From: the human T2T-CHM13v2.0 reference genome, Homo sapiens
Direction: 5' to 3' (one strand)
DNA length: 64,000 nt
NCBI RefSeq assembly: GCF_009914755.1
Contig: NC_060938.1
The translations under genes were made by a program, and so were the position numbers. How positions within the stretch are numbered: position 1 is the stretch's first letter; the number at the start of each line of letters is the position of its first letter. The notes beneath the pieces were generated by a model. That model had not been told where the DNA came from. It did not search any database and saw nothing but the letters and a program-made list of their open reading frames with translations. Below are positions 43,910 through 62,942 of the stretch, piece after piece.

Positions 43910-45252
43910 TCAATACATAAGTAAATTCCCAGAGACAGAAAGGAGACAGGGGGACACTATCTTCCTTGATATTTACCTTTTGAGTTGGTGGCTTCAAGGC
44001 CCTCAAGGGAAAACCTTCCTAGGTTGTAAAACTGGCAAGAGGCTTATTTAGCTGTTAATATGACTCACGTAGGCCAGGCGTGGTGGCTGACACCCGTAAT
44101 TTCAGCATTTTGGGGGGCCGAGGCAGAAGGATCGCTTGAGCCCAGGAGTTCAAGCCCAGCCTGGGCAACATAGGAAGACACCGTCTCTACAAAAAAAAAA
44201 AAATAAATAAAATAAAATTAGCCAGTTAGCCATGTGTGGTAACGCAAACCTGTGGTTCCAGCTAAGGAGGAAGGCTGAGGCCGGAGGACCGCTTGAACCC
44301 AGGAGTTCGAGGCTGCAGTGAGTAAGCTAGGATAACGCCACTGCACCCCAGCCTGGGTGACAGAGAGAGACCCTGTCTCAAAAAGCAGAGACTCACGCCT
44401 CAAAGGAAGGGGAAAGTCTCTTTTCCTTATGGCACCAGGGGCACATGTTTTTGTTTTTTCTTTTTTGAGGCAGGCTCTTGTCACTCGGGTGGGAGTGCAG
44501 TGGCGCCATCACCGCTCACTGCAGCCTCCTCCTGCCTTCTGTTTTGTTTTGGTTTGTTTTGTTTTAATTTAGAGACGAGGTCTCTTGCTGTGTTGCCCAA
44601 GCTGGTCTCCAACTCCTGGGCTCAAGTGATCCTCTCGCCTCAGCCTCCCAAAGCGCTAGGATTACAGGCGTGAGCCACCGTGCCTGGCCAACATTTTTCT
44701 TTCCTTCTACCAGTTTTGTATTATTTACTTTTTTTTTTTTTTTTTGAGACAGAGTCTCGCTCTGTTGCCCAGGCTGGCTGGAGTGGTACAAGTGGCATGA
44801 TCTCAGCTCACTGCAACCTCTCCGCCTCCTGGGTTCAAGCGATTCTCCTGCCTCAGCCTCCCGAGTAGCTGGGATTACAGACACACACCACCATGCCCGG
44901 CTAATTTTTGTATTTTTAGTAGAGACAGGATTTCGCCACGTTGGTCAAGCTGGTCTCAAACTCCTGACCTCAGGTGATCCGCCCACCTCGGCCTCCCAAG
45001 GCGCTGGGATTACAGGCGTGAGCCACCGCGCCTGGCGTGTATTTACCCTTCTATTACACATATCCCGGGGGTGCTGAGGTCTGGGAAGGCTTGGACATAA
45101 GGGTCTTAAGACAGCAAAATGGCAACATTATAACTGGAGGAAAGGTCCATGTCAGGATGGTGGCCCTGAACATCAGAGTCTCTTGTTTCCTCCTGGGGAC
45201 ATGTACAGAGGCTGTCACGAGACTCTCCTAAAAGCATTCATGAAAAGCCTTT

Positions 45253-45575
45253 TTCTTTCCTTCTTTCTTTCTTTCTTTTTTTTTTTTTTTTGAGACGGAG
45301 TCTTGCTCTGTTGCCCAGGCTGGAGTGCAATGGCGCGATCTCGGCTCACCGCAACCTCCGCCTCCCGGGTTCAAGCAATTCTCATGGCTCAGCCTCTGGA
45401 GCAGGTGGAATTACAGGCACGCGCCACGCCGCCTGGCTAATTTTTGTATTTTTAGTAGAGACGGGGGTTTCACCATGTTGCCCAGGTTGGTCTCGAACTT
45501 CCTGACCTCAAGTGATCCGCTCGCCTCGCCCTCTCAAAGTGCTGGGATTACAGGCGTGAGCCACCGCGCGCGGCC
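45253..45575 (-). mobile_element. AluS at the inner end of the right arm with both TSD copies intact
   Basis: CATGAAAAGCCTTT at 45239-45252 and 45576-45589. Confidence 0.9.
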
Positions 45576-46241
45576 CATGAAAAGCCTTTCTACCTGGCTT
45601 TTCTGACCAGTCTTGCGTGGTCTCCCAAGGCCGTTAGCGAGGACCCAAAGTCTCCTGTTCTTGAGGGCCTTGTAGTCCGGCCTTCACTGTCATGCATGAC
45701 ACGCCTGCTTCTCTGGGAGTGGGATGACTCCGTTCTAGTCCTTCCAGAAGACGCTGCTGCCAACAAGCCCAGCAGCTGCCTGGGTGGGATCAGCAGCTCC
45801 CGCGGACTCGATCTCCCCCTGGGTGGGGAACTCAACCCCGACAGGTCCTTCCTAAACCTCTAAGCCGGATACTTCCCTGGACCAGGATTAATTGCCCGCC
45901 CCGTACGTATTCTGTCGTTTCTGCCAGCGGTTACCAAGACCCTGGGATATTTTCCCCAGGGAAGAGAAAGCAGTTCTGGCTTTTTCCTCTACACACCCCA
46001 AACTTGCAGGAAAAACGCGGCTTTGGCCTGGAGAAAGCACGAGATCGTGACGTTTTCACGACAATACCCTGGAGAACATAAACCCACAGTATAATTGGCG
46101 CGTTACTAAAGGATCCCCCGCGGGGTGAGAAAAAAGCAGCAATCGCCCTACCCCCACAAAAACGTGAAAACGAAAGCGAACTGCCCAGCAGCCCGTGTTT
46201 TGAACACCACACATCCAGACCCAGCGCCGATCATAATAACA

Positions 46242-46254
46242 GCTACCTTTCAAC
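46242..46254 (-). terminator. 3' box-like element of the second U1 copy
   Basis: Mirror of 39645-39657. Confidence 0.6.
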
Positions 46255-46265
46255 TTCCAGTAAGG

Positions 46266-46429
46266 CAGGGGAAAGCGCGAACGCAGTCCCCCACTACCAC
46301 AAATTATGCAGTCGAGTTTCCCACATTTGGGGAAATCGCAGGGGTCAGCACATCCGGAGTGCAATGGATAAACCTCGCCCTGGGAAAACCACCTTCGTGA
46401 TCATGGTATCTCCCCTGCCAGGTAAGTAT
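46266..46429 (-). ncRNA. RNU1-28P: U1 spliceosomal snRNA, 164 nt, with one substitution C58U (probably RNU1-28P)
   Basis: Reverse complement of the left copy except at 46372 (a instead of g), giving GAGGTTTATCC versus GAGGCTTATCC. Confidence 0.94.
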
Positions 46430-46471
46430 GGACTGGCCGTGCGGCTTCCTCTCATACCCTCGCGCCCACCA

Positions 46472-46493
46472 CACTCTCAACACACGGTCACTT
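46472..46493 (-). promoter_or_regulatory. PSE of the second U1 copy
   Basis: Exact mirror of 39406-39427. Confidence 0.88.
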
Positions 46494-46827
46494 CTCTCGT
46501 GCGGCCCCAGCCCCCTCACCCTCTCCAGCCCCCTCGCTCCACCGTTGCCGCTAGGGGAAGACACCCCGACAGCACTCGGATATCGCGCGCGGGACATGGG
46601 GTCCCAGGCCGAGCGTGACCGGCAGCCTCCGCGCGCCGTGCTCATCTGCATACGCCACGCCCTTGCCGGGGTCGTCCCCGGCGCTCCGGTCTCTCCCGCT
46701 CCCGGACCGGGGACCTACCGACGGCGTGGGACAGGCCTGGGTGTCTCCGGGGCTGGTTGGGCGCAAGTGGGCGCGCGGCCGGGAGTCTGGGACCTGAAAG
46801 GGAGGCCTGAGAGGACGAGAGAGTGCC

Positions 46828-47043
46828 AGAGAGAGAGAGAGAGACAGTGACAGAGAGAAGAGAGAGACAGAAAGACAGTGACAGAGAGAAGAGAGAGAGA
46901 GAGACAGGAGAGAGGGGAGAGAGAAGACAGAGAGAGAGAGAGAGAGAGAGAGACAGTGACAGAGGGAAGATAGAGAGAGAGAGAAGGAAGAAAAGAGGGG
47001 GAGAGAGAGCGAGCGAGCGAGCGAGCGAGCGAGCGAAAGAGAG
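46828..47043 (-). repeat. Mirror copy of the (CT)n.(GA)n microsatellite
   Basis: Same length as the left copy according to the constant mirror offset. Confidence 0.95.
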
Positions 47044-47466
47044 TTTGCGGCCCCACCGCCCAGTCCCCAAGGGATCTAGCGTCTGGGCCGGGCAGGGCTC
47101 GGGTTTGGGCTCACCTTCCTTTCAGCAAAAAGCAAGTTTCGGCCCCTTCTCTTCTCGCCAGCCCAACAGAAGTCTTCCCCACAGGGCACAACTATTATGA
47201 GGTTCGCCTCCTCCCCCCGGTTAAACATTAAGCACTAAGATTTCCCCAAGCAGCTTGACAGAACATCGTTTTCCTTGAGCATCTTCCCTGGTAGGCCTGT
47301 CAGAAACGGCTGTAACTAACATAGGCGGCGACGAAACCTAGGAAAACCTAAAGGAGGGGGGCCGGGTGGAGTCGGGGGGGAATCAAGCCTCTTACTTTGA
47401 GGGAAAAAAAAATCAGGACAAAGTACAAAGTTGTCCACTATGCAAACCGTGCACCGGTCGAGTTAA

Positions 47467-48262
<796 letters not shown>

Positions 48263-49011
48263 TGAGAAGTTTCTTATCTTTACTACTTCTCCCATCGAGA
48301 AGTAGAGTCCAATTCCCCTCTCCTTGGATCTGGTTTGGCCTTAGTGACTACCTTGCACAACGGCATGTGGCAGAAGTGATGTCCAGGGTCTCCCGAGGCT
48401 GGGTCGGAGGCATCCTTACAGCTCCCATCTGGGTCTACCGGAATCGTCTTGGAGGTTTGCGCCGCCATGGAAGAAGGCTGACTACGCAGGCTGCCGTGTC
48501 GTGAGGAAGCCCGAGGCTTTGTGGAGAGAAATGCATGGAAACGGTTTCAGTCCCCAGCCGAGACCCTAGGCATCAGGGAGCAGAACATCAAAACTGCGGA
48601 CTTGGGATACAAATGAATGATCACTGTTGTTGCAAAGCCCTTACGTTTTGAGGGTGGTCTTTTCGTGAAGCAATAGAGAAACGGAACGGGGAGACGGACA
48701 GTGAGCAGACAAGCAATAATACGAAGCAGAAGGGGGAAAAACGTGGACCAAGGGATAGAGAAGAGGGCATGGAGAGAAAAGGCTGGGGTTGAGGGCTTAA
48801 CATATTAGACAAGGGGGTCACGGAAAGCCTCCCTGCTTCTCTCTGTTTGCTCCAAACTCTTGCTTCTCTTTGCTTGCTCAGCATCAGCGCATAGCGCATA
48901 GAACCCCCAAAGGCCACCCCACAATGGCAGCCTCAGCCCCAGAATTTACGTGTCCTGTTACAAGTCCTAGGGCCACAACAAACTCTCTGGACTCATTTGA
49001 TTTTCTTCTAA

Positions 49012-49768
<757 letters not shown>

Positions 49769-50234
49769 TCAGTTTTACTGTTTCTCAGGTCCAGACTCGT
49801 TCTGTGCTGTTGGCAGGGTATCCTGCAGTGGCCACTCCTGTCTTACTAACAGACCCTGATTTTGTCCACAGGATCAACACACCCAGCTAAAACAGCTCAA
49901 CTTCCTCATCACACAACACAGTTCTGGCCAGTTAGACACACGTCCCCGGAAAGGGCATCTCCAGGAGAATAAAAAGGCCAAGCCACTTTTTGAAGAAAGT
50001 CTTTGTCCCTACCCCCTTTTTCTACCTGGAAGTCAGACTCAGGCCTGGAGTGTAGCGGCCGCCTTGGTACCTGGAAGCAACAATCATGGCCGGGAGACCT
50101 TACACCTGGCATGGTAGAGCAGACGGAGGAGGGGCCGCCTGGTGAATAGCCTGGCCAACAGCCCCAAACTGCTACCCCTTAAATTCTGGGTAGGTGAGAA
50201 AAATAAGTCCTGTCTAAGCTGCTCATTGTTTTAG

Positions 50235-50702
<468 letters not shown>

Positions 50703-51434
50703 TAGCCAGGACGGTCTTGATCTCCTGACCTCGTGATCCGCCCGCCTTGGCCTCCCAAGGTGCTGGGATCACAGGCGTGAGCCACCACGCCCAGCCAAAA
50801 AGTTGTTTTAAAATTTTTTCGAGAGATAGGATCTCGCTTAGTTGCCCAGGCTGGTCTTGAACTCCTGGGCTCAAGCAATCTTCCCACTTTGGACCCCCAC
50901 AGTGCTGGGATTACAGGGGTAAGCCACCACACCCAACCTCAATCTTCTTGTGATCTGTTATGTTGACAACCAAGACAGCTACTTAGTGGTTGGTTGATGG
51001 GTGGACAGTGTATACAGCATGGACACACTGGACAGAGGCATGACTCAATGTTCCAGGTAGGACGGCAACAGATTTCATCACGCTACTCAGAACAGCACAA
51101 CATTTAAGACATAAATTGTTTCTGGAGTTTTTCATTTAGTATTTTCAGATTTCAGGTGACTGCTGTAACTTGAAGCAAGAAAAGTGAAACTACAGAAAAG
51201 GGAGGACCACTGGACGGCTGCTTTCATTCTACGCCCACTTTTTAGAGTGCATTCCTACAATAAGCACCCTAATAATGTAAACCAGGGGCCAAGGGATGCA
51301 CCTTCCACTCTACTTCCTTCCCCAGAAAAGACCACCTTGGTAAATACAGAATGGCAAACGGTTAAGTGAAACACTGTATAGCTTCTGGCCCTATACTTAG
51401 TATTTCTTAACATTTACACAGCATTTTCACATTT

Positions 51435-53144
51435 CCAAAGCAGAGTACCAACATTTATTAATCCTCACAACACCCCTGTGAGGTAGGTCAGTATGTCCTT
51501 TAGAGTCGAGAACTGAGGCAGAGGTCAAGCAAACCTGCCCTGGGCCACAGAGCAGCAGATGAAGGGCCTAGACCTGGATCCAGAAGCTAGGGCTCTCGGT
51601 CCAGCATTCATCCACTGGTGGACATCACATGGGCTTATTTTTACCAGCGAAGGTTACGTGAAGGACAAAACGCACTCAGCCAGCAACGGAAACTCAACAG
51701 TTCAAACAGCACTGGGGAACATGTCAGTTAAAGAGACGAAACGCTGACCAGCTCATGAATGAGGCAAGACAACATGCGGCTGAGGAAGTGTGGAATCATC
51801 ACGACTGGGGATTAGACCAAGAACGGGCGCTCAGGAGGGTTCAGGAAAATGTAAACAAACTAGGAACCCATCCAAGGGGTGACAGGCCCAAATGCCTACG
51901 GTCTCCAAATGGTAGAAAAATTAGAAAAAGATAGTGGAAAAATCCAACCACGCAACCTTAACTTTAAACTAGGAATGACAATAATGTGTCTAATGTTCAT
52001 TCACACTAGAAAGGCCGATAATGTTTGTAATATAACTACTGGCGATAGTATCCTATTTGTATGCCAACTTTCATCTCAAGTATTCTGCTTTTCTTTCCCC
52101 ACAGACAAACAAGTGTTGTTCTTTACAGCAGACCTCTTTCCCTCTACATACCAATCTATCCACTCGCATAACTACTAAGTGGCTCAATGGCCTATGTCTC
52201 ATGCTTAATTGGCTGAGCTAGGCGCGGAATCCGGGAAACCACAACAGACTGTACTCTGCTCCTGTATTTCAGGAATAACTGTCACTAACCTGCCTCTGTC
52301 CGATTCCACCTTCTATGAAGTACACACAGAGGAGCAGTTCATTCTTTTGTAAAGGGATTGGTGGACTTTGTTCGAGATGCCATTTCAAAAGAAATGAGAA
52401 AAAAGAAAAACTAAGACCTGCACTGTAAAGCATAATACAGGAGTAGATTTATTACAGCTACTCCACATTTTCCAGAGTGATACAATGACCATAGAGTTAA
52501 AAACTATCACTGTTATCGCTGTTTATTTTACAATACTTGGTTTAGTCTACAAGTTTAAGGCAAACATACTAATGCATTTGCTTTTCTTCAGAAATCATAC
52601 TTATAAAGATTACATAAAATCTGTCCCAAAACGTCTAAGAAATATTCAGTAATTAAAAATAAGTCTGATTAAGATGCTTTACCAGGATACATGAATGAAC
52701 TAAGGTGGTATATGCTTTTAAAAACAAAATTTAAAAAATTCAAAAAAGGCAATCTTTATCTTGTTTCAACAATGCATTCTGAAAAGGTTAAATTTCAGAA
52801 ATTATTTAAAGGTAAATAAGAGTGGCAGCCATAAGGAATACTATTTATAAAATAAACAGAGTTATAGAGGCTACTTTAAAGAAGAATGAACTTTGGACTT
52901 CTGAGTATGACGAGTGCACGATGATGGACCACTGTCATGGGGAACACAGTGCGGCATCACGGCACACAGACTGGCATCGCCTGGGCGTGCGCTGCTCCAT
53001 GTTTCTCAGAAAAAGAGGAGTTGATGCACTTTTTCAGCTGCTTTTTGTTTGTTTCCAGTGAGCATAAATGCTTAACATCATTAAGAAAACAAAAATAAAA
53101 TTTGAAGGAAGGCAGCCCTTTTTAACAGGAAGGCGGAGTGTGGC
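51435..53144 (-). other. SNX6: SNX6 3' UTR with AATAAA signals at 52522-52527, 52448-52453 and 51454-51459
   Basis: Alu-free AT-rich sequence after the stop codon, with tttatt hexamers on the + strand. The distal end is approximate. Confidence 0.7.
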
Positions 53145-53198
53145 TTATGTGTCTCCATTTAACACTGCCAGGCAGTTCTGCAGCAACTGTAGATTACC
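53145..53198 (-). CDS. SNX6: SNX6 last coding exon (GNLQLLQNCLAVLNGDT*)
   Basis: Acceptor TTTTTTAG ending at 53199, TAA at 53147-53145. Matches the SNX6 C-terminus. Upstream exons lie beyond the window. Confidence 0.94.
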   Translation of the reverse strand, partial: GNLQLLQNCLAVLNGDT

Positions 53199-53300
53199 CT
53201 AAAAAAGGAAGAAAAAATAAATTACAAATTTTATTTCAAACAATTCAGAAGACTCCTACTGAAAATACAGTTAGAAACGACATAAAATATAGTGTTAGAA

Positions 53301-53622
<322 letters not shown>

Positions 53623-53756
53623 TCATATGACTTTATCGATATATTAGAAATTTTAAAACAGCCATTCATTATATACACATAAAGGTTTAAATACATAAAA
53701 TTACATGATTTGTTTCACATACAATAATACTTTCTACATACCAGATTCTTCAGTAA

Positions 53757-54182
<426 letters not shown>

Positions 54183-54216
54183 TGAGATTACAGGCGCGTG
54201 CCACCACGCTGGCTAA

Positions 54217-54496
<280 letters not shown>

Positions 54497-54513
54497 TAAT
54501 AGAACAGTTATCA

Positions 54514-54849
<336 letters not shown>

Positions 54850-54904
54850 TCAAAAAAAAAAAAAAAAGTATAGAATCTGGAAACTGGACACTGACATCAA
54901 TCTC

Positions 54905-55507
<603 letters not shown>

Positions 55508-57708
55508 ATCTACAGCAAAACTTTTGGTAGTTCATGACCTCTTTGTTTTTATTTTTAGACACAGAATCTCACTCTGTCGCCCAAGCTGGAGTGCAGTGGC
55601 GCAATCTTGGCTCACGGCAACCTCCGCCTCCCGGGTTCGAGCGATCGTCTCGCCTCAGCCTCCGGAGAAGCTGGGATTACAGGCGTGCACCACTATGCCT
55701 GGCTGATTTTTTTTTTTTCTTTTTTATTTTGAGACGGAGTCTCACTCTGTCTCCCAGGCTGGAGTGCAGTGACGCAATCTTGGCTCACTGCAAGCTCCGC
55801 CTCCCGGGTTCATGCCATTCTCCTGCCTCAGCCTCCTGAGTAGCTGGGACCACAGGCGCCCGCCACCATGCCTGGTTAATTTTTTGTATTTTTAGTAGAG
55901 ATGGGGTTCCACCGTGTTAGCCAGGATGGCCTCGATCTCCTGACCTCGTGATCCACCCGCCTCGGCCTCCCAAAGTGCTGGGATTACAGGCGTGAGCCAC
56001 CACGCCTGGCTGATTTTTGTATTTTTAGTAGAGGACAGGGTTTCACCATGTTGGCTTGCGGTCTCGAACTCCTGACCTCAAGGGCTGGGATTAAAGGCAT
56101 GAGCCACTGTGCCCAGCCTCTCTTTAAAAAAAAAGAAAAACAATGAACATTAGAAACCAGCTCAGGCTCAGTAAGAGTAATAATGTCAAACTTATCAAAA
56201 CATTTTGACAGGGTTATTAGACCAAGAAATCAAAAAACAAAAACAGCAAATGTTAAATAAATTTTTCTTTTTGGCATCCAGGCTGCACTGCAGTGGCACA
56301 ATCTTGGCTCACGCAGCCTCTGCCTCCTGGGTTTAAGCAACTGTCCTGCCTCAGCCTCCCAAGTAGCTGGGATTACAGGCGCCCACCACCACGCCCAGCT
56401 AATTTTTATATTTTTAGTAGAGATGAGGTTTCACCATGTTGGCCAGGCTGGTCTTGAACACCTGACCTCAGATAATCCACCCGGTCTTGGCCTCCCAAAG
56501 TGTTGGGATTACAGGCGTGAGCCACCGCACCCAGCCTAATTTTTAAATGTTTTTATTAAGAAAGACTTTTTAAAAAACAACTAGTCAAAAAATGATACTG
56601 GTTTCCATATTAGGTATTAGATTCTTTCAGAGCTGACCATTGGAGACGTTATAGATATTATTTTTACTTTAATTAAATAATCTTTAAAATCCCTCTCAAT
56701 TCTAAGATTCTCTATTCTTAAAATTACTATAAGGTTTAGGCCAAACTTTCTATTAACTACAAGAAGAGGCTTAATTCAAAGTAAACAACTAACGTGAAAA
56801 AAGACCAGAGGGCCAGGCATGGTGGCATACACCTGTAATCCCAGCTACTCGGGAGGCTGAGGCAGGAGGATTAACTGAGCCCAGGAGTTTGATGCTATCC
56901 TGGACAACACAGCAAGACTCCAGCTCTAAAACATAATTAAATAAATACATTTTCAAAAAACCTGGCCGGGCATGGTGGCTGATGCCTGTAATCTCAGCAC
57001 TACGGGAGGCCGAGGCAGGTGTATCACCTCATGTCAGGAGTTCGAGACCAGTCTGGCTAACATGGTGAAAACCCTGTCTCTACTAAAAATACAAAAATTA
57101 GCTGGGTGTGGTGGCACGCACCTGTAGTCCTAGCTACTCGGGAGGCTGAGGCAGAAGAGTTGCTTGAACCTGGGAAGCAGAGGTTGCGGAGGTCTCAAAA
57201 CAAAACAAAACAAAAAAGCCCCAGACTAGCCGGGTACGGTGGCTCGTGTCTGTAATCTCAGCACTTTGGGAGGCTGAGGCAGGAGGATCATTTGAGGACG
57301 GGATTTCGAGATAAGCCTGACCAACATGGTGAAACCCTGTCTCTACTAAAAATACAAAAATTACCCAGGTGTGGTGGCACATACCTGTAATCCCAGCTAC
57401 TAAGGAGGCTGAGGCGTGAGAATCGCTTGAACCCGGGAAGCAGAGGTTGCAGTGAACTGAGATCATTGCCACTGCACTCCAGCCTGGGCAATAGCGCCAG
57501 ACTCTGTCTCAAAAAAACAAAACAAAACAAAAAACCCAGACCAACTATTTTGAAGCAGTGAAATAATCTTGGAAAATGTAATTCCAGTTCAGGAATAGTT
57601 GTCACAGTATCCCTATGAGAACTGACATTAAAGAATTATCAATGTCATAACTGATTCATTTCTATATTACATGTAACTTAAATTATTAAATCTTTATTAC
57701 AACACTAC

Positions 57709-57794
57709 CTTTGCATGCTTCAGTTCTAACTCTGCCAGTTCCACTAAATTTTTTCTGAATGCAGCAACTCTTCTTGTCTTAAAATCTATAAGTT
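57709..57794 (-). CDS. SNX6: SNX6 penultimate coding exon (ELIDFKTRRVAAFRKNLVELAELELKHAK)
   Basis: Follows an 82-nt intron (57795-57876). Acceptor TTTTTCACAG, donor AAG|GTAGT. 86 nt. Confidence 0.95.
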
Positions 57795-57876
57795 CTGTGA
57801 AAAAGAAATTAGGATTATTTAATTTACATAATAGTCATAAAGCATATCTTGTGATTAAAGGTTAACGTAACAGTAC

Positions 57877-58036
57877 CTTGTTTTGCAGACTCAGATATTT
57901 TTTCAAATTTCTGACAACATAATTGTTGGGAAGTTTCGGCCTGTAGAACATCTTTATTTTTTGCTCTTGCTTTATCCAGTGCTTTATTAGCATTTTCATA
58001 ATCCACTAGTGACCTAGACCTTCGATACAGGAGATC
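57877..58036 (-). CDS. SNX6: SNX6 (sorting nexin 6) third-last coding exon, BAR domain (DLLYRRSRSLVDYENANKALDKARAKNKDV...SESAKQ)
   Basis: Acceptor TTTTATAG ending at 58037, donor G|GTAC at 57876. 160 nt. Confidence 0.95.
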
Positions 58037-58144
58037 CTATAAAACAGAATGCTTCACAATAGTATATATACTGCATGTTTCCAGTAGTCACACCCAGCCA
58101 CCACTGTCACCACCACCACAACCATCAGAGCTAACACATAGTGA

Positions 58145-58489
<345 letters not shown>

Positions 58490-58658
58490 TGATCCACCCG
58501 CCTCGGCCTCCCAAAGTTATTCTAATATTTAAAGATTTTTGTAGAGACGGGGCCTCACTATGTTGCCCAGGCAGGTCTCAAACTCCTGGCCTCAAAGTGA
58601 TCCCCCTATTTCAGCCTGCTAAAGTGGATTACAAGCGTGAGCCACTGCACTCAGCCTG

Positions 58659-59207
<549 letters not shown>

Positions 59208-59994
59208 TTAAGTAACAGCTTGATAGTCCATGTACCACATAACTCACAATTTAAAATATGTAATTCAATGGTTTTTAGCAAGCTCACAGAACTGAGGATC
59301 ACCATAATCGATTTTAGAACACTTTCATCACCCAAAAAGAAACCCCATGCCCATTAACAGCCACTTGCCATTTCCCCATGTGTGCCCATATCCCTAGACG
59401 ACTGCTAATTTGCTGCCTACTACAGATTTGCCTATTCTGGACATGTTTTTTTTTTTTGTTTTTTGTTTTGAGATGGAGTCTCACTCTGTTGCTTAGGCTG
59501 GAGTGCGGTGGTGTGAACTCGGCTCACTACAACCTCCACCTCCCGGTTCAAGTGATTCTCCTGCCTCAGCCTCCTGAGTAGCTGGGACTACAGGCGTGTG
59601 CCACCAAGCCTGGCTAATTTTTGTACTTTTAGTAGAGATGGGGATTCACCTATTCTGGACATTTCATAAAAATGGAATAGTGTGATTTTTGTGCCTAGCT
59701 TCTGCCACTTAGCATGTTTCAAGTTCATCTATGTTGTAGCACAAATCAATATTTCACTCCTTTCTACTGCTGAGTAGTATTTCACTGTATGGTTATATCA
59801 CATTAATTCATCAGTTGATAGGCATTTGGTTTATTACCACTTTTTGGATATAATTAATAATGCTGCTGTGAACATTTGCATACAAGTGTTTATGTGGACA
59901 TGGTTTCATTTCTCACTATTAAGGAATGAAATCACTGAGTCATATGGTAACTCTACATCAAACCTTTGAGTAACTGCCATATGGTTTTCCATAG

Positions 59995-60271
<277 letters not shown>

Positions 60272-60631
60272 TAGTAGAGACAGGGTTTCTCCATGGTCAT
60301 GCTGGTCTTGAACTCCCGACCTCAAGTAATCTGCCCACCTCTGCCTCCCAAAGTGCTGGGATTACAGGTGTGAGCCACTGTGCCTGGTCTTACCAGCTTT
60401 TTTTTTTTTTAAATGAAGGCCACCTTGTGGGTATAAAGTGATATCTCACATTTTTTTTTTCCTGAGACTGAGTCGTGCTCTGTCATCCAGGCTGGAGTGC
60501 AGTGGTGCGATCTCGGCTCAGGGCAACCTCTGCTTCCCAGATTCAAGCAATTCTCCACCTCAGCCTCCCAAGTAGCTGGGATTACAGGTGCCTGCCACCA
60601 TACCTGGCTAATTTTTTTGTATTGTTAGTAG

Positions 60632-60952
<321 letters not shown>

Positions 60953-61269
60953 TAGCCAGAATGGTCTCGATCTCCTGACCTCGTGATCCGGCCCCCTTGG
61001 CTTCCCAAAGTACTGGGATTACAGACGTCAGCCACCGCACCTGGCCCCAGCCTTCTCTTTTTATTAAGAGTTCTTCATATATTCTGAGAATATAAATTGT
61101 GTTACATCCAGACAATGGAATATTATTCAGCACTAAGAAGAAATGAGCTATCAAGCCATGAAAAGACATAGAAGAGGCCAGGTGCAGTGGCTCACGTCTG
61201 TAATCCCAGCACTTTGGGAGGCTGAGGCAGGTGGATCACGAGGTCAGGAGATCAAGACCATCCTGGCTA

Positions 61270-61512
<243 letters not shown>

Positions 61513-62660
61513 CTAAATGCAAGAAGCCCACCTGAAAACACTATATACTACATGATTCCAACTATATAACATTCTAGAAAAAGTAAAACTATGGAGACAG
61601 TAAAAAGATCAGTGGCTGCCAGGGATTGGGAGAAAGGAGGATGAAGGGAGAGAGCACAGAGGATTTTTAGGACAACAAAAATACTGTGTATAATATTATA
61701 ATGGTGGGCACATATCATGCATCCACAGCACATTTCTTTTTATTACTGAGTACTATTCCATTGTATGGCTATATAACAATGTGTTTATCTCATCATCCAT
61801 TGAATATTTGCGTTGTCAATTTTCAGCTGTTACAAATAAAGCTGCTGTGAACACCTGTATGGACATATGCTTTCATTTCTTTCTTTCCTTCTTTTCAATA
61901 GAGATAGGATTGGGCTATGTTGCCAGGCTGGTCTTGAATTCCTGGCCTCCAGAAATCCTTCTGGCTTGGCCTCCCAAAGGATAACAGGGGTGAGCCACCA
62001 CGCCCAGCCCTGCTTTCATTTCTCTTGGGTAAATACCTAGAAGTGAACTGACTGGATCACTGGATAGTATATTTCGCCTTTTAAGAAACTATGAAGTTTT
62101 CCAAGGAAGTGCACCACATTCCTTATATTAACAGTATATGATGGTTTAAGTTGGTATGTATCTTTGCCAGAATTTTTCTCATTTTAGCCATTCTAATTAA
62201 GGTGTACAGTGATACCTTGTTGTAGTTTTAATTCTGACAACTAAATTTTAATTATTTCTTAAAGTTACTAAGAAATTGTTATCTATTAACGACCACATTT
62301 GGCTGGGAACAGTGGCTCACAACTATAATCCCAACACCTTGGGAGGCCGAGGCGGGTGGATAACTTGAGCCCAGGAGTTTGCAACATAGTGAGACACTTG
62401 TCTCTGCAAAAAATTAAAACAAAAAACAACCACATTTGATAATTTAAAGTCTTCAAAAGTGAGTATTTTAGCACTGCCCATCCAATGTAAATAGTTTATA
62501 AGATATAATTTGATATGAACAGTGTATTTATAAGTACCTAAGAATTCAAAGTTAAAGGGTTATAGATAATTTAATAAAAATTATCAGCATCAGTGATCAG
62601 GTGGGAATTTTGTGTACAATATCTCAATTCACAAATTAACATTGAATTTGCATTATCTGA

Positions 62661-62942
<282 letters not shown>

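Noticed and set aside
52822-53061. 79-aa + strand ORF in unique sequence, and the 99-aa ORF pair at 33715/51879
   Set aside because: Non-ATG starts, antisense within the SNX6 3' UTR or its duplicate, and no recognisable homology.
55521-55537. CTTTTGGTAGTTCATGA resembling the 5' end of U13 snoRNA
   Set aside because: Only about 17 nt, with no box C/D continuation; could be chance.
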